Shown here: piece by piece, positions 57,626 to 64,000 of the stretch
Numbering within the stretch: position 1 is the stretch's first letter
Layout: every line of letters begins with the position of its first letter
Virus record (IMG/VR): IMGVR_UViG_3300031884_000939
Location: 32,001-96,000 of that record
DNA from: a virus
Direction: 5' to 3' (one strand)
Length of the DNA: 64,000 bases
Translations under genes and position numbers: made by a program
Notes under the pieces: model-generated
The model's input: the letters and a program-made list of their open reading frames with translations, nothing else
Databases searched by the model: none
What the model was told of the DNA's origin: nothing

Positions 57626-58029
57626 TATTTCACCTCGTATGGTTGATCCCACGCACCAATATTAATATCAATATAATATGCTGTGTCAAAGTAATCTGTC
57701 ATTGCGTCACTGCGGTCATAGTAGCCAGTACCTTTGTGATAACCTTCACCGCGGATTGGAGCTGTTTTGATAATTTGCTGAACTTGCTTTAAAAATGGTG
57801 CGTGTTCTTTGTAAAAACTATCAATATGGTAACCATTAATTTGTGCGTACTGACGTTTTTGATTGTACGCATCTTGATTAAAGATTGAACTAAAGTCTGT
57901 TGGACCTGATTTGATAGTTACCGATACAGCCATACCATCACGTTTACGAACACCAAACTTGAACTCAGGGAAAGTTTCTTTAAGTTCTTTACGAATCTGT
58001 GCTACATCTTTTGCGTTAATATAAGCCAT
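57625..58029 (-). CDS. early protein with LPD29-like domain
   Basis: IRKELKETFP.FKFGVR...V.IKSGP and MTDYF; sigma70-type promoter and AAGGAG. Confidence 0.6.
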   Translation of the reverse strand: MAYINAKDVAQIRKELKETFPEFKFGVRKRDGMAVSVTIKSGPTDFSSIFNQDAYNQKRQYAQINGYHIDSFYKEHAPFLKQVQQIIKTAPIRGEGYHKGTGYYDRSDAMTDYFDTAYYIDINIGAWDQPYEVK

Positions 58030-58093
58030 TTAAAACTCCTTTTTGTTTACTATAATGCAAGTATAGTGCCAAATGAATTAATCGTCAACCGAA

Positions 58094-58405
58094 TTACATA
58101 CTCCAGTAAGTTTCGCTAGCAGGGGATAAAAACAATGGGGTATTAGCCTTTTCCATGTACTTTTTACCAGTCATTATGTTGGTTCTTTCAACTAAATCGT
58201 TGTTTTCATACAACGAAACTTTGAGCTGTTTAAGGTTCATATCAATAGCGCAAAGACGAGCTGTACGGTTACCATTGTATTTTACATCAATCCACGGAAC
58301 TGTATTGCCTGCGGCATTTTCGCTAAGAACAATATTAGTAATTTCGCCATTCAATTTACCAGCTGCGCTTACCCAACTAATTTGATTTCCGATTGCTAAT
58401 TTCAT
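58094..58405 (-). CDS. hypothetical early protein
   Basis: TTGACG-N17-TATACT promoter; AGGAG SD. Confidence 0.7.
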   Translation of the reverse strand: MKLAIGNQISWVSAAGKLNGEITNIVLSENAAGNTVPWIDVKYNGNRTARLCAIDMNLKQLKVSLYENNDLVERTNIMTGKKYMEKANTPLFLSPASETYWSM

Positions 58406-58481
58406 TTGCTTCTCCTATTTGTTTACTATGTTAATAGTATAACAAATTGGCAATTTCTCGTCAACCTTTTGGAAATCCCAC

Positions 58482-58505
58482 AAAAAAGCCCCAATTAAGG
58501 GGCTT
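58482..58505 (-). terminator. intrinsic terminator
   Basis: AAGCCCC/GGGGCTT stem with a U tract. Confidence 0.85.
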
Positions 58506-58530
58506 AAAAGTGTTGTATATACACAACGAA

Positions 58531-58662
58531 TTAGAGTGTAATTAGCTCGTAATCTGACTTACTTACACCACACTCCGGGCAACATACATCGTCTGGAAGT
58601 GCTTCCCAATCTGCTACTGATAACTCGTGTCCGCATACTACACATCGCATGATTTGATTCAT
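58531..58662 (-). CDS. rubredoxin
   Basis: Hand translation CVVCG...WEALPDDVCCPECGVSKSDY; absent from the ORF track. Confidence 0.85.
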   Translation of the reverse strand: MNQIMRCVVCGHELSVADWEALPDDVCCPECGVSKSDYELITL

Positions 58663-59111
58663 TATAGTGTCTCCAATTTAGTTTGATATGCTTCGGCATG
58701 GCGTTTTTCAACTCCAGCCAATGCTTTAAAACGCTTTTCAGCTTTAGCCAATACTTCAGCAAATTGTTCAGCGTGTTCTTTTGATTCTTCGATTTGGTGC
58801 TGTGCTTCGATGGCAGCCTGTTGATTACCTTCCTCAACTGCTTCTTTAAGCATTGTTGGGTACATATAGGTAAACTCTTCGGTCTCGCCGTCGATAGCCT
58901 TTTGTAAACATTCTTTGGTAGTTGGCTTACCGATAAGCAATTCTAAATGGCCCCATGCGTGTAGCAATTCTTGGTCTGCCGTGTGTTCGAAATGCTTTGC
59001 TACTTCCTCATAGCCTTCGGCACGAGCAATCTTAGCAAAATAACGATACTTGATATGAGCTTGTGACTCGCCGGCCAATGCCGACTCAAGATTTTTAATA
59101 GTAATACTCAT
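58662..59111 (-). CDS. rubrerythrin (di-iron domain)
   Basis: NLESALAGESQA, E..HA, GETEE...MYP, EKRHA. Confidence 0.9.
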   Translation of the reverse strand: MSITIKNLESALAGESQAHIKYRYFAKIARAEGYEEVAKHFEHTADQELLHAWGHLELLIGKPTTKECLQKAIDGETEEFTYMYPTMLKEAVEEGNQQAAIEAQHQIEESKEHAEQFAEVLAKAEKRFKALAGVEKRHAEAYQTKLETL

Positions 59112-59229
59112 TGACATCTCCTTATAGTAAAGTAATATTGTAATAGTATTTACTAATAAGATCAAGCGAAATTAGCGATTTTTTCAATAATAATTTTAAT
59201 AACGCTTATTGATTTTTTCAATAACAAAA

Positions 59230-59886
59230 TTATAATAATGCCAAAACTTGTTCAGCAGTTAAATCTGGAAACTCTATACAAAATGTAAATCGGTCAACCG
59301 TATCTTTAATCTCATGTGCCGAATGAAACTCTAGTTGATTAAACAGATACCAAACGTCTTTCTCCATTACTAATCTATATACTTCTTCTAAGTGGTCTGG
59401 ATTAGCATATTTGAGGAAATCATATTCAGTAAAGTCTACAATTTTTTTATAGAATCTAGTTTCCATATCAGGTTCAGATAATACAACAAAGAAGCTAGAT
59501 TTTCTTAAATGGTCAGTATGTAATAATAGATAATCCCCATCTCCTGCGTGTTGTAAAGTTAACACTATGTTTTGATTCTTAATACTATTTGGCAATAAGT
59601 TAATAATTTCTTGTGTAGCTTCTTTACTGATGTCGTAGTGATTAAACTTACATCGCTTGCCATATAGTTCTTCGGATCGTCGTAACCTTTCGGCAAATTC
59701 TAAGGCTTGATCCTTTGTCATTATAGATTCAGGAATAGTTTGGCCCGATGGGTCTTTTTTAAACCACTCCCTTGCTTCTAAGTGATACGGCTCTCGGACT
59801 GTATAGCTTTTACTGTTAATAATTTCATTAACGATAGCTGTAACTTTGGATAAGTCAATGGGCGATTCTTTTAAGTAGAAACTCAT
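59230..59886 (-). CDS. 2OG-Fe(II) oxygenase-like protein
   Basis: HTD...FHSA...R facial-triad pattern. Confidence 0.55.
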   Translation of the reverse strand: MSFYLKESPIDLSKVTAIVNEIINSKSYTVREPYHLEAREWFKKDPSGQTIPESIMTKDQALEFAERLRRSEELYGKRCKFNHYDISKEATQEIINLLPNSIKNQNIVLTLQHAGDGDYLLLHTDHLRKSSFFVVLSEPDMETRFYKKIVDFTEYDFLKYANPDHLEEVYRLVMEKDVWYLFNQLEFHSAHEIKDTVDRFTFCIEFPDLTAEQVLALL

Positions 59887-60077
59887 CAGTGTACTGATTC
59901 GTCCTCGTAGCCAATGAATACATTACACCCTCGCTGTCGAGCTTCATCCAATGCTTGTTCAGTAGCAGCATCGCATACCAATTCGAACATTTCATCAATC
60001 TCATTCTGAGTTAAATGTTCTTCTCCGATAAGTCCTGCGAATACTGCTTCTGCTACCATTAATCTATCGTCTGTCAT
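59886..60077 (-). CDS. hypothetical protein
   Basis: Coupled small ORF. Confidence 0.55.
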   Translation of the reverse strand: MTDDRLMVAEAVFAGLIGEEHLTQNEIDEMFELVCDAATEQALDEARQRGCNVFIGYEDESVH

Positions 60078-60241
60078 TATTTCTCCGTTGGAGTAAATCG
60101 TTCGTTAAATGCTTCTGTACGACAAGTAAATTCCTCGCCGAGATGATTAGTGTATTTGATCCAATCATCTTGATCTACTGTGTATCGTTCTTTAACATAA
60201 AAGATTCTTGAATCTTTATCCATATAAACTATTTGTACCAT
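60077..60241 (-). CDS. hypothetical protein
   Basis: TAATG-coupled start at MVQIVY. Confidence 0.55.
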   Translation of the reverse strand: MVQIVYMDKDSRIFYVKERYTVDQDDWIKYTNHLGEEFTCRTEAFNERFTPTEK

Positions 60242-60591
60242 TATTGATTCCTTGCTAATCTTGCTTCGCGATGTGCGTTCCAACTTGCGTCTAAGTTGGC
60301 ATTTTGTCTAAACAATTTGTCGTATGCTCTGTCAGTGATACCATACAAATTGCCTTCTTGTTGTGATTCAAAAAAATTATAATCTATTGTCCATCTAGGA
60401 ATAATTGTAACCAATGCGTCTGCGTCATGTAATACCGGAAGTTGTTTCCACTGGAACATTAGTCGATCCACACAAGATTTCCAATATGTTTTAGACCATT
60501 CAGATTTTGCGCTGGCTAAACTTTTACGAGCCGCATCTAACCGTCCACCGAGCACTTCTGCTTCTTCACCTAAAAAACGATATGATTTCAT
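60241..60591 (-). CDS. hypothetical protein
   Basis: Coupled ORF. Confidence 0.6.
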   Translation of the reverse strand: MKSYRFLGEEAEVLGGRLDAARKSLASAKSEWSKTYWKSCVDRLMFQWKQLPVLHDADALVTIIPRWTIDYNFFESQQEGNLYGITDRAYDKLFRQNANLDASWNAHREARLARNQ

Positions 60592-60776
60592 TATACACTT
60601 TCCTTAATATGAAGTTCTTCTACTAAGTCATGCGCTAGATTTAATGCCATCATTGCGCCAAGATATACTAACCTTCGTTCGTTGTCATCGCCAGAGCAAT
60701 TTTCTGTCATAGACATAAGTTCTTCAAACGATTTTGGTGTAACAAATAGCCCCGAATGGGGAATGGGATTTAACAT
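60591..60776 (-). CDS. hypothetical early protein
   Basis: TTGACA-N17-TATAAT promoter; AAGGAG SD. Confidence 0.65.
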   Translation of the reverse strand: MLNPIPHSGLFVTPKSFEELMSMTENCSGDDNERRLVYLGAMMALNLAHDLVEELHIKESV

Positions 60777-60829
60777 TTAAACTCCTTTATCTAACTATAG
60801 AACTATTATAGCAAAATTGGATTTAATTG

Positions 60830-61060
60830 TCAACTCCACTTCATTAAGAAGGAAAGATAGTCTCTTTCGGAGTCAAAATAGAAGATATATTCACCATTTT
60901 TGGTATGAGTGCTTACTTCTATTAGTTGCCAGCGCCATTCGGCTACCAATTCATGTTTACACCAATCCAATATTTGTTCAATAATGCCAAAAGATTTAAT
61001 TATTCTGTGAGCATGATTATATTGCTCTTTTGAATGAATAAATTCACCTTGTATTATCAT
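60830..61060 (-). CDS. small Trp-rich phage protein
   Basis: WC...W...FYFDSERD...F.MKW. Confidence 0.6.
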   Translation of the reverse strand: MIIQGEFIHSKEQYNHAHRIIKSFGIIEQILDWCKHELVAEWRWQLIEVSTHTKNGEYIFYFDSERDYLSFLMKWS

Positions 61061-61278
61061 GCGGTTACCTCACCAAACTTCAATTTGAATAGCAAAGCGT
61101 CGTGTTCTTCTTTGAATATCCAATCCATACAGTTACCGCCAATGTCAGTAATGTATCTACCACCAGGTAAACCAAATAATTCTACTGCTTTATAGCACAC
61201 TTCGTCCCATCTTAATATATTATCAAGATCATTTTGTAGTGTTACCCTAACACTGAATGTATATTCAGGATCACGCAA
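61057..61278 (-). CDS. small phage protein with similar F.L.(W/F) C-terminus
   Basis: FGLPG.RY...F..E.DA..FKLKF. Confidence 0.6.
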   Translation of the reverse strand: MRDPEYTFSVRVTLQNDLDNILRWDEVCYKAVELFGLPGGRYITDIGGNCMDWIFKEEHDALLFKLKFGEVTA

Positions 61279-61510
61279 TATAAGTTTTCCTTATGTAATC
61301 GTCTGATTGTTCAGGAGTCATTGTATAATATAATAAGTTATCTTTTATATTAAAACGATTACAAAAACTTTGTCCATAGCGCAATCCATGTAAGGCGTCC
61401 CAGATAAAATCTTTGACCCACAGTTCGTATTCATCTAAAGTAATTCTTAGACTAGTGTGTCGTTCGTCATGTAATTCGTGATGTGTAAAAACAGAATGTC
61501 CGCTAGTCAT
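61271..61510 (-). CDS. hypothetical protein
   Basis: LRYGQSFCN motif. Confidence 0.6.
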   Translation of the reverse strand: MTSGHSVFTHHELHDERHTSLRITLDEYELWVKDFIWDALHGLRYGQSFCNRFNIKDNLLYYTMTPEQSDDYIRKTYIA

Positions 61511-61739
61511 TATTCTTTAACTTCTATGTTTGGTTTTTCTTTGTTAGTCATTAGTTTTTCAGACTATCTATTATAAAATCACCAGCATCTCCAAACTCAT
61601 AGCCTTGATGCGGATACACAGCAATATTCCGTTCTCTACGATATATTGTAGTGAGCCAATGCCACTGTCCGTTGATCCGACGTGGTTTCCACGGACCTTG
61701 CGGTCCTTTAATAAATTTAATAAGTGTTAGACGAGATGA

Positions 61740-61808
61740 TAAATAAGAATGCCGATCACGATACTGGACATATCTACCGGCTCTAACAGTTAATAAGGAA
61801 CTATCAGC
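61740..61808 (+). promoter_or_regulatory. late promoter plus structured RNA leader of HNH gene (copy B)
   Basis: TAAATA, GCCGAT/ACCGGC stem with inner GATA/TATC, TCTAAC linker, AGTT/AACT hairpin over the SD, ATCAGCATG. Confidence 0.7.
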
Positions 61809-62480
61809 ATGATATTTATACCCAACAAATACACTAAATGGTATTTTGCCATTATCAATAATGCCAGGACTCGTACTAATACTGGTTATAACGAACAACA
61901 TCATATTACTCCTGAGTGCTTTTTCAAAAACAGAACTCGCAAAGGTCCAGCTGGACAGCTAGTCGGTAATCCTGAAGATCCATCCAACAAAGTAAAACTT
62001 ACAGCAAAAGAACACTTCATTTGTCATCACCTTCTAACTAAAATGCTTGCCGATACTCGCCCACGGGCACAAATGCTAAAAGCCCTAGAACGAATGACCG
62101 CAAGTAATAATAAACATCAACGCTACAAAATAACAGCCCGACTATTTCAACAAATTCGTATCGAAGCCGCTACAGCACATTCAACTCTAATCAAAGGCAA
62201 ACCGAGCCATTCAAAAGGTAAAAAATGCCCTAACATCTCAATGGCTAAAACAGGTAAATCTATTAAACAACCACCTAGAACCGAACAGCATCGTATCAAT
62301 CTTGGCAATAGCCTCAAAGGTAAACCTGCTTGGAACAAAGGTAAAACTTACACTAACAAACCATACAAACGATTAACCTGTCCTCATTGCGGATTAGAAG
62401 GTAGCATCGCTAATATTAAACGCTGGCATAACAATAACTGTAAATCAATCCCAATGGGCACGGAAGTACTTTCCAAATAG
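61809..62480 (+). CDS. free-standing HNH (MobE-like) homing endonuclease
   Basis: EQHHITP...N.V.LTAKEHFICHHLL; NUMOD3-like KGKPAWNKG; CPHC...RWH..C; antisense to neighbours. Confidence 0.88.
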   Translation: MIFIPNKYTKWYFAIINNARTRTNTGYNEQHHITPECFFKNRTRKGPAGQLVGNPEDPSNKVKLTAKEHFICHHLLTKMLADTRPRAQMLKALERMTASNNKHQRYKITARLFQQIRIEAATAHSTLIKGKPSHSKGKKCPNISMAKTGKSIKQPPRTEQHRINLGNSLKGKPAWNKGKTYTNKPYKRLTCPHCGLEGSIANIKRWHNNNCKSIPMGTEVLSK

Positions 62481-63116
62481 TCTAAATCCGTTATCCATCC
62501 GGGCTTGATGTGCTTTAAGTCCTTCCCAATCACATTTAGGACTTACGTAATTTTCGTCCCATGGCGCTGTGTCATTACAGCCACTATGATCCCAAAACTT
62601 ATCTTCGGAGTGTTCATCAACTAATTGTTCGAATGCCCATATTTCTTCGTTAAGCACCCAGTCCCAACGGTCATGTAGTGTTGTATCTTCATCGCCCATG
62701 TCTACAGCGTGTGCGTTAACCTCTACACCTTTTTTCTTACGACGCTGACCTTTTTTGTAGCCTTCAGATTGTAAGTGTACCGGTACATCTTCGTCGTCGA
62801 CATATGGACTACCATGCTTAGTATCACGTAACTGTTTGAGCATAGGTAGTATGACATCAGCTAATGTATGATCCATTGACCAAGTGTCCCAAAAGTCAAT
62901 CTTGATATAAGACCAGCGTGGGTGGACTGTGTCTAGGAACTTTTGCCATAGTTGGCAAATAGGATCTAATATCTTAACCCAAGTTCCATATACAGGTTTA
63001 TACGCTACATCGTGGTCATAAAAGACTCCATCGTCCTTTTCCCAAAAGCAAACTCGCTTGAGAATATGATACGGGCTTACCCAGTGATTACGATACTTAC
63101 TTGTCCAAATTTTCAT
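62445..63116 (-). CDS. hypothetical phage protein
   Basis: DTWSMDHTLA..ILPML.QL...KHG.P and GFRLFGKY...WD. Confidence 0.75.
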   Translation of the reverse strand: MKIWTSKYRNHWVSPYHILKRVCFWEKDDGVFYDHDVAYKPVYGTWVKILDPICQLWQKFLDTVHPRWSYIKIDFWDTWSMDHTLADVILPMLKQLRDTKHGSPYVDDEDVPVHLQSEGYKKGQRRKKKGVEVNAHAVDMGDEDTTLHDRWDWVLNEEIWAFEQLVDEHSEDKFWDHSGCNDTAPWDENYVSPKCDWEGLKAHQARMDNGFRLFGKYFRAHWD

Positions 63117-63291
63117 TTTTGTATTCCTTGATATAATCTTTTAAAATTTGTTCAACCAACTGATTTAGTGTAATATCTTGTTCATGAGCATATAACATAA
63201 GCTGATACAACTCTTCGCGATCTAATCGTAGTTCAACAATTTCGCTACCATCTAACGGGTCATCTATACTTGTTAAATCAATATCTGTCAT
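63097..63291 (-). CDS. HicB/RHH-like small protein
   Basis: AHEQDITLNQLVEQIL. Confidence 0.55.
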   Translation of the reverse strand: MTDIDLTSIDDPLDGSEIVELRLDREELYQLMLYAHEQDITLNQLVEQILKDYIKEYKNENLDK

Positions 63292-63473
63292 TACCAACTC
63301 CCGTCATCTATCCATAGTCTTACTGTTAAAAACAACCAACTAACGTACCAAGTACGTTCATTAGGTCCTGCCCATTCATCTGTAAACGCTCTGCCACCTT
63401 GTGGCATATAACGCCAGTGTAATGGATTAACTGTTATTATAACAGACATTCCCGAGTAAGTCAACCATTTCAT
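63291..63473 (-). CDS. hypothetical protein
   Basis: Coupled ORF ending WIDDGSW. Confidence 0.6.
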   Translation of the reverse strand: MKWLTYSGMSVIITVNPLHWRYMPQGGRAFTDEWAGPNERTWYVSWLFLTVRLWIDDGSW

Positions 63474-63892
63474 TTGTATTCCTTATCTAATTTGGTACTA
63501 GTTAATTCAGCTAGTACTTGGAACTTATCCCATGCTTCTTTAACTGCTGGGCGCTTGGCCAACTCGGTATCAGGTAACACGGTTTCTAGCCAAATCTCAG
63601 ATCTGCGTGTGCTGTGTGCGCCAAACTTACGAGGTTGGTGTAGCTTGCCGGAATCGTATAGTTCCATCGATATAGCTCTAAAAGCCAATTTGTGTTTATC
63701 GGTTGGGTAGTGTTGCCACTCCGGACTACTCCAACTTTGACGAGCATGATATCCTTGCCAAATGTCTTCCCACTCCTCATCGATATGTGGATCAAAATTA
63801 GTACGAGCAATAACAACCAATACATCGTCAATGTCCACAACCCCTTCGTAGAGATCAACTAAACATCGACTATAACTTAATCCTACTTTCAT
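63470..63892 (-). CDS. hypothetical protein
   Basis: MKVGLSYSRC...GKLHQPRKFG; GGAGG SD. Confidence 0.7.
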   Translation of the reverse strand: MKVGLSYSRCLVDLYEGVVDIDDVLVVIARTNFDPHIDEEWEDIWQGYHARQSWSSPEWQHYPTDKHKLAFRAISMELYDSGKLHQPRKFGAHSTRRSEIWLETVLPDTELAKRPAVKEAWDKFQVLAELTSTKLDKEYK

Positions 63893-64000
63893 TACACCTC
63901 CAAATATTGTAATTTAAACCAATCAGCACTTGCTTCATGGCCAACATAGCCTCGTGGGTTACATACTACTCTAGTATCGCCAATCCAATAGTTAAAATTA

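Noticed and set aside
350-63858. Many short ORFs in the track that are antisense to, or nested in alternative frames of, longer genes (for example 350-649, 6534-6743, 11270-11572, 48791-49195, 52071-52529, 58559-58837)
   Set aside because: They shadow well-supported genes and have no recognisable motifs or ribosome-binding sites.
1-64000. Stop-codon reassignment, introns or inteins
   Set aside because: Core genes (polymerase, ClpA, clamp loader, PhoH) are uninterrupted and of normal length in the standard code, and all three stop codons end genes.

Overview
A gene-dense, AT-rich 64-kb segment of a large T4-superfamily/jumbo-type tailed dsDNA phage, almost all on the minus strand, standard genetic code. 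The host is probably a Gram-negative proteobacterium (spanins, ErpA, IF-1, sigma70-type promoters; inference). Left to right: a TGT/DpdA-like base-exchange gene with two dehydrogenases beside the sliding clamp and family B DNA polymerase; a cluster of non-coding structured elements at 8.5-9.2 kb; a ~12-kb late block of modular proteins whose domains are separated by (L/V/I)xE linkers resembling prohead-protease sites; ClpA, DnaJ and GroES; a lysis cassette; PhoH, clamp loader and a DnaE-like fragment; baseplate and tail-fibre genes with an S53 protease; redox and stress genes; and small early-type genes. Four free-standing homing endonuclease genes are present. The two main leads are (1) a covarying ~70-nt RNA leader in three copies, two before the antisense HNH genes and one on a remnant whose nuclease body is deleted, and (2) the putative capsid-packaged, protease-processed enzyme polyproteins. 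No tRNA, rRNA or CRISPR array was recognised. All product calls come from motif recognition, not database searches.
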